The notes: generated from the sequence alone by a model not told the origin. 64,000 nt of DNA from Eledone cirrhosa (GCA_964016885.1 OZ024740.1:239320001-239384000), one strand, 5' to 3'; positions 46,048 through 61,554 are shown, counted from the stretch's first letter. Program-made: numbers and translations.

Positions 46048-46248
46048 TAAAACAACAAGAAGTAATATCGGCAGATACAAGCCGGAATCTCCGAAGAATA
46101 TGGAGTGTACATACACTAAAGTCTTGCAAAAATATATAATAAAAATAATAAAAATATATAATAAGAATAACTAAGGATGTATATCCCTGAAATATATATA
46201 ATGAAATAAATATGGTTTTATAAATGTAGTTTCCATTTGCTTAATATC

Positions 46249-46304
<56 letters not shown>

Positions 46305-46486
46305 CGAAGGAAATGTGGTAAGGAACCAGGTGGACCATAACGCACCAAAGTACTCAATACTTGAGGTAGTAGAGTGGGTAATAGGAACCAGTAAGACCCC
46401 GACAGCTGAGCTCAAGCCGTTTCGACGGCTAATTCTGAATTATCCGTCGAAACGGCTTGAGCTCAGCTGTCGGGGTCTTACTGGTT

Positions 46487-46570
<84 letters not shown>

Positions 46571-47077
46571 TATGTATGTATACGTACATACATATATGTA
46601 TACAAACGTACAGTAGTATGTATATATATACACACATGCACACATATATATATGCACGTATCGTTTTACCGAACATTTATTATAATGCTCGGTTTGTTTG
46701 TTTGTAAACAAACAGCCCGAATTACGCCGTACAGTGTTTAGGCAACCACGTCACCTTTTTGTTCAACACTGACACATGAACGGTGTACTAGTTTCAAGCT
46801 TATTAGCTATCGTTAATATGCATAAGGAAAGTATATACTTTCAGACGTTCAACCATCTGGCGATAGCTAATAAGCTTGAAACTAGTACATCGTTCCTAGC
46901 ATTATAATAAATGTTCGGTAAACCGATACGTGCATATATATATGTGTGCATGTGTGTATATATATACATACTACTGTACGTCTGTATACATATATGTATG
47001 TACGTATACATACATACTTACATTTAAGTAAGTGCCGTACTAGGAGTGAGAAATTAAATTTCGTTTCATTCTATTCC

Positions 47078-47208
<131 letters not shown>

Positions 47209-47411
47209 CATATATATATATTTATATATACATATATATATTGTTATGCTTTGGGAGGGTCATGTTGCCAATAAGAAACACATGTTGACCCTCCCAGAGC
47301 ATAACAATATCGGTTTCAACACACATTTTCAGAAACGATATATATATATACCCCCCCCCCCCCCATATGTATATATGTGTGTGTATGTATGTATGTATGT
47401 ATGTATGTATG

Positions 47412-49049
47412 TTTTCTCTTTCTCTTAATTTCGAGTATATTTTTTTGACCGGCCACCTTCCTGGTGGCAAGGTTGTAAAAGAAAAGAAATTGTCATCCCT
47501 TGAATCGCAAGAATGTTTTGCATATTTTGAAGGTGCCAGCTATCGCAGCCATTTGTAGACTATGAATTAGGGAGCTGCGCTTTTTGTCCGCAAATCCAAG
47601 TTCGGTCATACTTTGGTCCAAGCGGGTTGGTATATAACCCGTAGCACCAATAATGATGAGTATGAAGCTAAAGGTGTATCTTGGATACTGGATTTGTAAG
47701 CTCCTCATCAATGGTCCGTAGATGTCCTCCTTCTCCTGTATTTTTCTGACAACGTTTACATCAAGTGGGCAGCTGATCTCCACAACAGAACACGTTTTCA
47801 ATGTGTGGTCCCAAACTACAATATCAGGCCGGTTGTGCTTTAATTTGGTGGCAGTTTTTATTTTCAGGTTCCACCAGTATTCCTTAGTGCCATCTGTCTC
47901 AATATATTCTTCCTCGTTTGTTGTTAATTTTGTTTTCCGAAGTGCGTTCCAGATAGTTCTGGCTATCCCATCGTGTCTCATGGGGAGGTAGTAGCGAGAT
48001 GACATTCTTTCGCAGCTGGCAACAATGTGGCTTACATCCTCGATCTTTGTTTTACATAGCCTACATTTATTGTCAGCTGCTGGCCCTCCTCTTTTGTGCA
48101 GCAGATATTTGGTAGGGAGTTCTTGTTCCTGTATTGCATAGAGATATCCCTCAAGGTGTGATGTCATAAACTTGTCGGAACTCCATGCCAGGCTTTTTGA
48201 GTGGTTTATCCCCTCTATGGTCTGTGTTTTACGCCTCAAGTATCCATGCACAACTTTCTCTGTAAATTGGTCAATTTTTTTTTCTTGTTTGAACATTGAA
48301 TAGGATCTTCCGATTTCTCTGGGTGAGAGATTTATATCAGGCTTTATTCCATATCTCTCCTCCAGATCAGTCGCTATTCTAATGATATTTCTTTTTTCAT
48401 GCTCATAAACCTGAGCAAGATGGTCGCCAACCTTTTTCCTCTGTTGAAGGTGTTGCTTCAGTGTTACTATCCGGGTCTCATATGTTGTTAATATTGATTT
48501 TAGACCCCGGCCACCTTCCTTGCGTGAGAAGTATAGCCTATCCACATCACCATTGATGTTAAAGTTCCTAGTAACACTGAGAAGTTTACGAGTTCTAACA
48601 TCCATCTCACTTAGTTCTTGCAATGACCAGTTCAGTAGGCCAAATGTTGGCGTTATAATTGGCACAGCATAGGTATTGTGGGCAATGTATTTGTTGTATG
48701 CTGACAGTTCTGATGACCATATTTTTTTTACTCTTCTGAGGTATTCAGTTCTGGTTCTCTCCTTATTTATGGGTCCATCATATCTGACATTCTCATCCTG
48801 TCCAAGATATCTGTAGTTGTCACCTGACTGCAGAGGTTGTATTGTCAGGCCGTTCATATCTAGATTTCTAGAGGAGGGCACAGCTCTTCCACGTTTTACT
48901 GCCAAATATGCACACTTGGACTCACCAAATTTCATTTTGATGTCGGTTGAAAATTGTGTAATGAGGTCCAATTGTTTCTTGATGTCATTGATATTTGGCC
49001 CATACAACTTCAGGTCATCAACAAAGAAAAGATGGGAGATTTCACAAGA
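47412..49049 (-). mobile_element. 5'-truncated R4/Dong-like non-LTR retrotransposon (family A), ORF 47493-49049 open
   Basis: RT end SHLFFVDDLKLY...YRYLG, RLYFSRKEGGRGL, CCHC knuckle CRLC-x8-H-x4-C, RHD, and RLE motif HNRPDIVVWD...EISCP...KEDIY. Bounded by (TACA)n. Confidence 0.93.
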
Positions 49050-49131
49050 TGTATGTATGTATGTATGTATGTATGCATGTATGTATGTATGCATGTATGT
49101 ATTTATGCATGCATGCATGTATATATGTATG

Positions 49132-49645
49132 TTCTTCTGGTTTTATAATTTCACAAAGTTTTACCAATAGAGAGAGAGTCGGTTTCTAACATAGACACAA
49201 GACTCTCTCATTGGAATTTACACAACATCAACTAGGTAGATATGTATGTATGCATGCATGTGTAGATATGGATGTTATTGTATGTGTGGATGTGTATGTT
49301 TTGAGTTGTATGTGTGCATGTGTCTATGCTCTGTATCTGTACATGTGTATATGCAGTTATTAGATGCAACATTTTTGGAATGTTTTACATATTTTTACTG
49401 TTCCATTAATGGATTGTACTTGTAATTTTCTAACTAGTTGTGTTCTATCTGTTCCGGTGAAGCCTAGCTTCTCAAGATTTGTATTGATACTAACATATCC
49501 CAGTCCCCCAATAATCACAGGCATAAATCTGAAGGTGTAATCAGGGTGGAGTATCTGCAGATTTCTCATCAGTTCTGCATAAATATTCTCCTTTTCACTA
49601 ATCTTTGATATTATATTAGCATCTGCTGGGCAGCTAATTTCCACT
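49132..49645 (-). mobile_element. 3' fragment of R4/Dong-like LINE family B
   Basis: VEISCPADANIISKISEKENIY...KICKTFQ plus 3' UTR. Near-identical to 49750-50280. Confidence 0.92.
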
Positions 49646-49749
49646 AATTTATGTATGTATGTATGTATGTATGTATGTATGTATGTATGTATGTATGTAT
49701 GTATGTATGTATGTATGTATGTATGTATGTATGTATGTATGCATGCATG

Positions 49750-51823
49750 TTCTTCTGGTTTTATAATTTCACAAAGTTTTACCAATAGAGAGAGAGTCGG
49801 TTTCTAACATAGACACAAGACTCTCTCATTGGAATTTACACAACATCAACTAGGTAGATATGTATGTATGTCTGCATGCATGCATGCATGTGTAGATATG
49901 GATGTTATTGTATGTGTGGATGTGTATGTTTTGAGTTGTATGTGTGCATGTGTATATGCTTTGTATCTGTACATGTGTATATGCAGTTATTAGATGCAAA
50001 ATCTTTGGAATGTTTTACATATTTTTACTGTTCCATTAATGGATTGTACTTGTAATTTCCTAACTAGTTGTGTTCTCTCTGTTCCTGTGAAGCCTAGCTT
50101 CTCAAGATTTGTATTGAGGCAGTTACTAACATATCCCAGTGCCCCAATAATCACAGGCATAAATCTGAAGGTGTAATCAGGGTGGAGTATCTTCAGATTT
50201 CTCATCAGTTCTGCATAAATATTCTCCTTTTCACTAATCTTTGATATTATATTGGCATCTGCTAGGCAGCTAATTTCCACTTCTGTGCATGTTTTCTTCT
50301 CCCTGTCCCATATCATAATATCTGGTCTGTTATGCTTGCATTTTATTGGGGTTTTTACTGGAACATTCCACCAGTACTCTTTCATATTATGTACATGGAT
50401 GTCTTCCACATTGTTGTAGCTTTTAATGTGTTTATCATCGGAGCTATCTTTTTTACGAACTGCATTCTACAGTGTTTTGGCCACTACATCATGCCTCATA
50501 GGTAGATAGTACCGCGATGACATCTTTGGGAAGCTGCTGATGACATGGGTGATATCCTCGATGTTAGTTCTGCAGAGTCTGCACTTGTTATCACATCTAG
50601 GTGTTTTGCCTGCATCCCTATCTCTTTTGTGAATAAGGTATTTCGTGCTAATCTCCTGTTCTTGGATTGCAAAAGCGTATCCTTCAAAGTGGGAGCCAAT
50701 ATAGCGGTTGTTGGTCCAAGATAGACTACTTTCCTTATCTATATTACTCTCACTCTGGAGCTTCCTGGCAACATATCCATGCATGATTTTTTGCTGATAG
50801 GCATGCAGTTTTTCATCCATGGATTCACTGCGATACTGCTGAGCGACATCCCTGGGTGTGAGTTTTTGATTATCACACAGGGAATATCTCTCAAGGAGTT
50901 CCTTCCCAACTCTCATGATCTTATCTGTCTCATGCAGATAGACTTGCTCGAGAAGCGGGCTCCTACGCTTCGAGGTTCGTAGATGTTGTCGGAGAGATAT
51001 GATGCGACATTCAAATGTTGTCTGGACTGGTGTTAGGCCTCTGCCTCCCTGCCTACGTTTCAAGTAAAGGCGGTCTATGTCACTGTTGATGTGGAAGTTT
51101 CCGGTGCTGTTCAGTATTTTTCGAGTTCCAACATCAACTGCTCGGATTTCGTCTATCGTCCAATTGAGTATTCCAAACGTTGGTGTTAGGACAGGCACAG
51201 CAAACACATTGTGAGCCACTGTTTTGTTTTGCGCAGAGAGTTCCGATGACCAGATCTTTCTTAATCGGGTGTAGTATTCCCTGGTTACGCGTTCTTTATT
51301 ACAGATACCATTATAGGATATGTTCTCATCTATCCCCAGGTATCTGTAGCAGTCCTCATCACAGTTCGACCATTGATGACAATGTTGCTAAATTGGGTTG
51401 TTGTTTTTCCCCGCTTTACAGTCATGTATGAGCATTTATCTTGGCCAAACTCCATTCCTATATCCTTTGAGAACGTTGTAACCAGGTCCAGATTTTTCTT
51501 CATCCCATCCATGTTCTTGGCATAGAGTTTCAGATCGTCCACAAAGAAGTTATGGGTTAGGTTCGTATTTCTGTCGTCCTGTGAGCCAATGATGTATCCC
51601 TCACATTTCTTGAGCAGAGGACAAGGGGTTTAATGACAAGATGAACAATATCACAAAGAGACTGTCCCCCTGAAATATACCCCTGCAATATTTTATTTTA
51701 TCAGTGAAAATAGAGTCCTCTCTCTCTGTCTTTAACCTTAGGATAGTAGCCCAAGAAGAAGACAGCCTCTCTATGGCTCTGATAATAATATCTGGGATTT
51801 TAGCAAGTTGGAGGGCCTCTATC
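49750..51823 (-). mobile_element. 5'-truncated, frameshifted R4/Dong-like LINE family B
   Basis: RGIFQGDSL, FVDDLKLY, RLYLKRRQGGRGL, CRLC..H, RHD and HNRPDIMIWD..EISC spread across four broken ORFs. Bounded by (TACA)n. Confidence 0.93.
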
Positions 51824-52580
51824 ATGTATGTATGTACGTATGTATGTATGTATGTATGTATGTATGTATGTATGTATGTATGTATGTATGTATGTATGTA
51901 TGTATGTATGTATGTGTGCGTGTGTCTGTAGATACACGCATATACATACATACATGCAAACATGCGATATAACAATCGGTTATGTTCTTCGGCTCTTTCT
52001 CGCCGTAGTAATAACCATATTTCGATACTTCTTATGAGACAGACTTTCATGCAGACGATAGCATCCCAACTCCTACCATTTCTAGCAGATTAAGTGGCCG
52101 CGGAATGAGCTCCCTTTGTAACTTCTGATTTACATTACAATATCAGTTTAGAATTTAGATTTTAGTAAAATTGGTGGTGTAAAAAATAGTGGGAGGCATC
52201 TTGAAATTATGCCAGAGACAAGTGGCTGTTGTTTTCTCATATTGCAAGCTGCCGCCCCAGTTTACCACTTTCCAAAGTTATTCTATTGTGTCTCCATCTC
52301 AGACACCTACACTAAATATATATTTTTCATATGATACATAGCTAACATATGCTTTGCTGAAATATCAGGCCACGATGTAAAAATCTAAATACATCTTTCT
52401 GTCATCCTTTTCTCTCGTTTTCTATCTCTCCCTCACCCCTCTCTCACTTTTTTCTTCTTGAATCACCAGTCTGATGAGGCGATTGATGCTGGAGTCAGGT
52501 TCATAACTTCCATTGGTGAACTTGCGCCAATTATTTCTGAAACGCACGCTACTCAATAAAAGCAAATACGTGTAAACGAA

Positions 52581-52639
<59 letters not shown>

Positions 52640-52657
52640 CACTACTACTACTACTAC

Positions 52658-52689
<32 letters not shown>

Positions 52690-52848
52690 CTTCTTCTTCT
52701 TCTTCTTTTTCTTTTTCTTTTATTTTTATTTTTATTTTTATTTTTATTTTTCTTCTTCTTCTTCTTCTTCTTCTTCTTCTTCTTCTTCTTCTTCTTCTTC
52801 TTCTTCTTCTTCTTCTTCTTCTTCTTCTTCTTCTTCTTCTTTTTCTTC
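52581..52848. repeat. Compound (ACT)n-(TCT)n microsatellite
   Basis: Direct reading. Confidence 0.97.
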
Positions 52849-54065
52849 TATATCAAAACACATACCTATACATACATATTTATAATTTTTTATATATATT
52901 TCTGATATATTTCTGATATATTATAATATTGTCATGTATAACACTGATACCATTTCGTTGATTTCACATAAGGATATTTATTTTCTTTTATCCTAAATGA
53001 CAACATAGACAGTTTTCTAATTCCAATTCACCTATTATCTATTACTGAGATTTGACGAAGATGAAGGAAAATGGTTTCTCCTAAGATATAACCTCGGATT
53101 CTTCTTCTAAAAGCAATTTCTATTTATAGAATACATTCTTTAAATTTTACAATTTGCCATCGCCATTTATATTTCTCTTCCATCATCTTGTCAATTTAGT
53201 ACAGTGTCCCTAATCTCGTTACTTGTTTCGAAATAACGTCATTTGCCATTCTGACGTAGTCTATGATTGTTGGAAATAAAATATTTGATTTATGTTTTTG
53301 ATACAAAGTTTATATCTGTGATGAAAAGCAGATAATCATTTGAATTGTTTTCGCCTAATATGAGTCTTACTATGATTTGTAGAGTTATGAAAACATATCC
53401 GCAGTAAATATAAAATTATAAACACAGACACTTACTAACTAAACAGAGCTGAAGTAATTTGGGAATTAAACAGGAAGACTAAGTCTTTGGAATGAAAATT
53501 TTGCCTATATTATATCTATATGTGGGGTCGTCGGAAGAGATCAATAAAGTTTAGAATTGTATGTACATTTATATCTATGCATATACACACATGTGTGTGT
53601 GAGTGACGCAAGCATAAATGAATCGGTGAGAATTTTGCTTCATAATCTTGTGGTTCTTGGTTCAACTCCATCACTGGCATCTTAAGTAAGTGTCTTTCAT
53701 AGTAAGTTCAACTCGAACCAGGCCTGTGAGAGAGAATGGATTGACGGAAACTCTTCGTCAGTATATCGGATAGATTGTACTCTAATATTTCCGCTAAGTG
53801 TACACGTCTCTGGAATATTCAACTACTTATAAGGCAATTTAACGAGTAGAACGTTGGGTTGATCAAATAGTTGAATATTTATCGTCAAAACAGGCTGAGG
53901 ATCCATCATTTAGGTATGTTTGTATAAAATGTTTTTATTATTTCTTTATATCTACAAGAATCGCGATATCATTGGTTATAAAGTATAAATTGTTGTATGT
54001 ATGTATGTATGTATGTATGTATGTATGTATGTATGTATGTATGTATGTATGTATGTATGTATTAT

Positions 54066-54675
54066 GTCAGGTCACCAGTTGGTGCTACTGGTAACATGTA
54101 TCCCAGTACAACCTGTCTCATGGTCGGGTCGTTGGCGACTAAACTGGCAACCCCACCAAGGTTTCTTGGAGAGGAGGGTGACTTTGGACATCCTGCAGGA
54201 CTAAAAACAAAACCTGTCAAAGGGCAAAGGAGCTCTTAAGAGTCAATGGTCATCCAAAATCACTGGGAGAGATGAACCCTTAGCCTTTGTCAAGGCAGAA
54301 TTCTAGGAGAAGGAAAACTCTGATATAACACCTGCAACCCTGATGGTATCCAATGATGTTGACTTGTTCTTCTTTTTGGTAAATATCATCTTGGTTAAGA
54401 GAGTGGGACTGGCTTTGTGCAGTGCCTTTGCTCACTATAAAAGCTTCACGGCACAGGCATTGCTTTATATCTGGAGATCTCTCTGCACTTGTCGTCACAT
54501 GGTACCATGGGCCTAGCACTATGTGTCAATAATTGTCACAGGTGTAGTGTTTGTACCAGAGTTTTCAAGTCGCTGGCTGGACTAAAAAGACACACTTGTT
54601 TAGCGCATCAGTAGGAGTTCTCCTACATGGATATAAAGTAGTGGCCGTACTCGAAAACGAGTTGGCAGCCACCAT
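54066..54675 (+). mobile_element. ~610-bp non-coding interspersed element (copy 2)
   Basis: Matches 37813-38421. Flanked by (ATGT)n and (ATGG)n. Contains ctaggagaaggaaaactctgat. Confidence 0.85.
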
Positions 54676-55458
54676 GTATGGATGGATGGATGTTTGCATG
54701 TATGTATGGATGGATGAATGGATGTGTGAATGGATAGATGGATGGAGGACTCGTAAGTCCTGATGGAGTCGTAATGGCGCTATCGTGACATACGGCGTCT
54801 CAAGAGCAATTTAAACGCGGCAGAGCCCATCACGCTCCAACCATTTTCTTCCATATAAGGAAAGAGAGAGAGAGGGGGGGGGAGAAGGTGAGAGAGGGAG
54901 AGAGAGAGGGGGGGGGGAGGTGAGAGAGGGAGAGAGAGAGGGAGATAAGAAAGAGACATAGAAGAAGAATCGACCCAAGTACTGGTGGACTGGTACTACT
55001 TTTATAGAAAGGCAAAGATGATCTCGGTGGGATTTGAATTCAGAGTGCAGAGAACCGGAACAAACCCCGCCAAGCATTCTATCAGATGTCCTGACGACTC
55101 TGGCGATTCTGGCGTCTCATATTCTTGCATAGCTTCCAGGTCAGTCTAATCGTTAAAAACTATGACGAAATAAATGTAATTACAATCGCGACACTATCGC
55201 TGGTTTTTATATCTAGGATAACATTGGCCAATATGATCTGTTGTTTATGATGAAATGTAGGTTCTGACTGGAGGGAGATTTGACTGATATTTCCAGCAAG
55301 TTAAGCTACTAAGTAGCAGAACTTCTCGTTGGCTTGTAGCTTACGTAGAAGTAACATTATATAGCAAATATCTGATTACAAGAAGAAAAATGGTGGAAGG
55401 TATCATGATATTATGTCAGAGAGAAGTTGTCACGGTTGTCGCTTTTGTTTTTGTTTTT

Positions 55459-55520
<62 letters not shown>

Positions 55521-55785
55521 AGTAGTAGTGGTGGTGGTGGTAGTAGTAGTTGTTGTTGTTGTTCTTGTTAGTGATGGTAGTGGTGGTGGTGGTGATGATG
55601 TTGTCGTTGAGGGATGATAGTTTACAATACTGAATTTATTCATTACGTAACTGCCATAGTTTTTCACACTATTTTGTAATTTCATCCAGCAGAGGAGCTG
55701 GTGTAATTCCATTTCTTTCTCAGACAGTAACATGGTATAATAATTGCTAATTACTTCAATGAGTATAAAACAAGTTTCAAAAGAT

Positions 55786-55825
<40 letters not shown>

Positions 55826-56010
55826 GAAAAGAGTGAGGACATCGACGGCTGAGCTCCGGCCGTTTCGACAGCTAGATCCGAACTCAGTTCGGATCTAGCT
55901 ATCGAAACGGCCGGAGCTCAGCCGTCGGGATCCTGAATCTTTTCAGAGTACTCTGGTGCATTATGGTCTACCTAATATCTTACCACACCCTCTTTGTTAT
56001 ATATATGAAA

Positions 56011-57275
56011 AAGTGAGTCCTTCATCAGTGACCCTCCAACCGTCCTCGGCATTTCATCGCTTTAAGGGCCATATGCCTCAGGTTGGTGCGAACAACGGCT
56101 AAAAAAAGTCGTTGGGACACGTAAATAAAGGGGGACGCTAGAGTAACAACAAAAAGGTTTAAGCAACGGAAAGTGAGTAGAAATAGACAAGTCCCAGATC
56201 TCTATGAATATAAACTCTGTGAAATCGTGAACAAGAGACGAAAGACCATCAGACCTGGTAGAAATGTGAGCTAGGAAAGAATTTCGCCCAAGTTTGACGG
56301 GTGGGAAAAAAGAGAGAGAGAGAGAAAGAAAAAGGAGAGCAGAGGAAGAAGAAGAAGAAGAAGAAGAAGAAGAAGAAGAAGAAGAAGAAGAAGATAAGGG
56401 GGTCTGGTCTTCGAATTCGGTAAACGCAAGTTTTGTGAAGTCGCAGACGAAAGAGAGAGAGAAAAAAATTCCATACCAGCTCGGTCAAGACTGCGCGAGA
56501 AAAGAATTACACACAGGTCAAACTTGAAGGAGGAGGAGGAAAGAGGAGGAGGAGAGGTAGTGACAGAGAATGAGTGAGTGAAAGTTGAGGAGAGAGTAAC
56601 AGAGAGGGAGACTGCTAGAAGTGGTAAAGATACAAGGAACGAAACAGACGAAGGCAGCATGGAAAAATTATATGTGTAAATATGATGATAATAATGGAGC
56701 TGCGGCGTTGCAAATGGGATACATATGAAGAAGTGAGTCCTTCATCAGTGACCCTCCAACCGTCCTCGGCATTTCATCGCTTTAAGGGCCATATGCCTCA
56801 GGTTGGTGCGAACAACGGCTAAAAAAAGACGTTGGGACACGTAAATAAAGGGGGACGCTAGAGTAACAACAAAAGGGTTTAAGCAACGGAAAGTGAGTAG
56901 AAATAGACAAGTCCCAGATCTCTATGAATATAAACTCTGTGAAATCGTGAACAAGAGACGAAAGACCATCAGACCTGGTAGAAATGTGAGCAAGGAAAGA
57001 ATTTCGCCCAAGTTTGACGGTGGGGGGGGGGGGGGAAGAGAGAGAGAGAGAAAGAAAAAGGAGAGAAGAGGAAGAAGAAGAAGAAGAAGAAGAAGAAGAA
57101 GAAGAAGAAGAAGAAGAAGATAAGGGGGTCTGGTCTTCGAATTCGGTAAACGCAAGTTTTGTGAAGTCGCAGACGAAAGAGAGAGAGAAAAAAATTCCAT
57201 ACCAGCTCGGTCAAGACTGCGCGAGAAAAGAATTACACACAGGTCAAACTTGAAGGAGGAGGAGGAAAGAGGAGG
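56011..57275. mobile_element. (TA)n-flanked 1.75-mer element (720-bp period) with internal (GAA)n
   Basis: aagtgagtccttcatcagtgaccc at 56011 and 56731. The minus strand has CTGATGA-AGGAC but no canonical GAAA half. Confidence 0.85.
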
Positions 57276-57526
57276 ATATATATATATATATATATATATG
57301 TAAGTATGTATGTATACGTACATACATATATGTATACAGACGTACAGTAGCATGTATATATATATACATACATGCACACATATATATATTATATATGCAC
57401 GTATCGGTTTACCGAACATTTATTACAATGCTCGGTTTGTTCGTTTGTAAAGAAACAAATAGCCCGAATTACGCCGTATAGTGTTTAGGCAACCACGTCA
57501 CCTTTTTGTTCAACACTGACACAGGA

Positions 57527-57569
57527 ACGATGTACTAGTTTCAAGCTTATTAGTTATCGTCAGCATCGT
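57527..57569 (-). ncRNA. Hammerhead ribozyme (family D; element 57300-57975, ~451-bp monomer)
   Basis: ACGAUG-CUGACGA-U-AACU aaua AGCU-U-GAA-ACUAGU-A^-CAUCGU. One mismatch in stem II. Confidence 0.78.
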
Positions 57570-57971
57570 ATACCTTACTGCCAGATGGTTGAACGTCTGA
57601 AAGTATATACTTTCCTTATGCATATTAACGGCTGAGCAGCCTAATTTGCATATCGAGTGAGTTCAGTCAGCTGGGCACACCGAAAACGATAAATGGAATA
57701 GAATGAAACGAAATTTCATTTCTCACTCTTAGTACGGCACTTACTTAAATGTAAGTATGTATGTATACGTACATACATATATGTATACAGACGTACAGTA
57801 GTATGTATATATATACATACATGCACACATATATATATGCACGTATCGGTTTACCGAACATCTATTACTGTACGTCTGTATACATATATGTACGTACGTA
57901 TACATACATACTTACATTTAAGTAAGTGCCGTACTAAGAGTGAGAAATGAAATTTCGTTTCATTCTATTCC

Positions 57972-58063
<92 letters not shown>

Positions 58064-58068
<5 letters not shown>

Positions 58069-58590
58069 TTAAAGGTTAATTAGTTTCTAAATAGTTAAAC
58101 ATCTCAATGAAAGTAATTTCTCATAAATTAAAATTAAATGAGAAAAAATTCTAATTCTGGGCGTATAAACAAAAAATGTATTCTATCTAACTTAGGTCTC
58201 CCTGCCACAGTTTCGTATGGGGAAGAATTATTATTGGAACCACCAATAATTGAAAAATCCGCCACAGTCTTTAGGGGAGTTTAATTCTTCATGCCTAAGA
58301 GAATTGGAAGAAGATACAATACATACTGTTTCGAAAGCCAAGGCAACCTGGTGAAATAGAAAACATGCGCAGTGCTACGTTCTCAAATCTCCTGGGATAT
58401 TAAGACTAGCTGACAGGCTTACAATGTCGCTAGAAATAGCAAGCAGTCTAAAGACCGTCTGGTACAGCTTGACAAATTAAGGAGCAGTTTAATATTAATT
58501 AAAAATTAATTATTCTCTAATACTTAAACATCTCAATGAAAGAAATCTCTCGGAGGATATTATAAATTAAAATTAAATGAGAAAAACTCT
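58064..58590 (-). mobile_element. 1.2-mer element (~430-bp monomer) with a degenerate hammerhead at ~58198-58278
   Basis: attaattaaa..ttaaacatctcaatgaaag at 58064 and 58494. The minus strand reads CUCCC-CUAAAGA-..UGG..CCA..-GAAAC..-GGGAG. Confidence 0.55.
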
Positions 58591-60200
58591 AATAAATACA
58601 GAGACCAAAATCCAAAGAGGACTTGATATAGGTTTTATATAATTAAGTATATATAAACTCGTAGAGCATATATTTATTATTAGTACAGATTAAAAGTGTA
58701 AGAAATAAATTGCTGCTTTCACCCTAAGCGGAATCTAACTGAGAAAAATCAATCTGTAAGCAGAGAAGAAAATATTTCAAAAAAGGTACGACCTAATATT
58801 GCCTTTAGAAAGCATGAAGGCATAACGATAGTGCATGAAGACGTTCTCTTGATATGGGCGAAATGTATGCAAGGATAATTACGAACAAATTCTTGCTATA
58901 GAAAAATCATATTCTTACTATGAAATAATCAGAGGACTAATATTCTTTTTAGAATACCATAATAATTTCCAGCTACTATATGTGCAAAATTATATTAGTA
59001 ATAGTAAAATGATTTAATATAAAAATGCTGAAAGTAATAATAATAGTAAAATTAATAATAGTAACCCCCCCCCCCCCCTACTTTTCGATTCACTTACCTA
59101 ATATCTTCACATTCCACATTTTACTTCCCCATTTTCTTTCGCTACCTGATATGACATGTCACTTGCGTTTTCCACTCCAGATATATTCTGTTGTTCCGCA
59201 GCCGATTTTATATTTGTACTCATTTATTCATACGGCTGGTTTATAATCTGTATCTATGCTTGTGAGTGTGCATATGTGTGTATACGTTCTGTATACGTAT
59301 ACGAACGCCTCTGTATGTGTGCGTGCGTACGTATATATATGTGTGTGTATGTGTGTTTTTATATCTATGTTTTTTACATACTTATTTATACGTGTGTGTG
59401 TATGCGGGTGATTGTATGTGTATGTGTATGTATATGTGTGTATAAGTATACGTATGTATGGGTGTGTATGTATATATGTATATATATATATATAGTCGCG
59501 TACGTACGTGTGATTAGATATACATGTGGCGATATATATATATATATATATACGTGCCTCGTGTGTATGTATGTACGCATGCATGCGCTTTTGTCTGTAC
59601 GTATTTGTGTGTATAAATATTTTTATATATATATATATATATATGTGTGTACGTGCGTACCTATGTTTGTTTTCTTTTTTCTAGTGTTAATTGATTAATT
59701 TCTCTTTGATTTAAAATTTTTTTTTCATTCTCGTATATTGTTTCATTTTTATACATATATCGAGAATCACACTTCTTTTTACTATTACACTCCCTTCCCT
59801 TTTTATCTTCCGCATATAAGTGACCGCGTGTGTGTGTGTGTTTATACGCGTGCTTTCATACTCGTATGTGTATTTATTACCTGTATCTGGATGCGTGTTA
59901 ACTATATTATCTTACAATTTCTCTTTTAACTCATATTATATACGTATTTGTCGTCACATATACACAAATATACTTGCCCTCATATATGTACTTACGCACA
60001 CATTTTTACCATACACATGCATTTGTACATACACACATATGTACATTTGTGAGTGTATATACATACATATGCACATACCCTAACAATATTTCCTTATTTT
60101 TTTATATATCTCTTGCATTACTTTTATTTATATATTTGTTGCCCATTAAACTCTTGCATTTCTTGAGGAGACTTTTCAAATATTTCACTATGGTTTAAAT

Positions 60201-60272
60201 TGCCTTGTCCGACGAACGAATGAGGACGTTTTTCGTATTCATCTTATTCGGGAAACCTCTGGTAATGAGGTA
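60201..60272 (+). ncRNA. Hammerhead ribozyme, U4C variant
   Basis: UGCCUUGU-CCGACGA-A-CGAAUGAG...CUUAUUCG-G-GAA-ACC ucu GGU-A^-AUGAGGUA. Confidence 0.65.
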
Positions 60273-60373
60273 GTTGTATTGTATTGTTTATTATACATTA
60301 AATTTTGTTCTGGTACTTACATAGAGCACTCTTCACTCCTATGACTTTTTCAATTTTCAACGGAATCTTCAAT

Positions 60374-60588
<215 letters not shown>

Positions 60589-60761
60589 ATAAAAATGAAA
60601 TTTCTCTCTGATACTTAAATATAAGTATGTATACGTACATACACATATGTATACAGACGTACAGTAGTATGTATATACATACATGTACACATATATATAT
60701 GCACGTATGGGTTTACCGAACATTTATTATAATGACAATCAATCAACTGACAGGAAGGTAT

Positions 60762-60804
60762 ACGGTGCTGATGACAGCTAATAAGCTAGAAACTAGTTCA
60801 TCGT
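60762..60804 (+). ncRNA. Hammerhead ribozyme (family D)
   Basis: ACGGUG-CUGAUGA-C-AGCU aaua AGCU-A-GAA-ACUAGU-U^-CAUCGU. Confidence 0.82.
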
Positions 60805-61013
60805 TCCTTTGTCAGTGTTGAACAAAATGGCAATGATGGTTGCCGAACACTGTACGGCTAATAATTCGGGATGTTTGTTTACAAACAAACCGAGCATTAT
60901 AATAAATGTTCGGTAAACCCATACGTACATATATATATATGTGTGCATGTATGTATATACATACTACTGTATGTCTGTATGTCTGTATACATATGTGTAT
61001 GTACGTATACATA

Positions 61014-61136
<123 letters not shown>

Positions 61137-61299
61137 AGTATGTATACGTACATACTTGAAATGCGCATAATAAAATACACGGAACTCTTTTAACCATCTT
61201 TTGATCTTATATATTATGTATACTCCAGTCCTACAAACTGTAGAGTGCTTCTTATCCGATATCTGCATTGCTTTATTGTACTACAATAAAACTCACCTC

Positions 61300-61380
<81 letters not shown>

Positions 61381-61456
61381 GTATGTATATATGTATATAT
61401 ATATATGTATGTATATATGAATATATATATATATATATATATACATACACGCACAT

Positions 61457-61554
<98 letters not shown>

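Noticed and set aside
56015-56035. Complete hammerhead in the 720-bp repeat
   Set aside because: Only CTGATGA-AGGAC is present. Neither copy has a closing stem II with GAAA.
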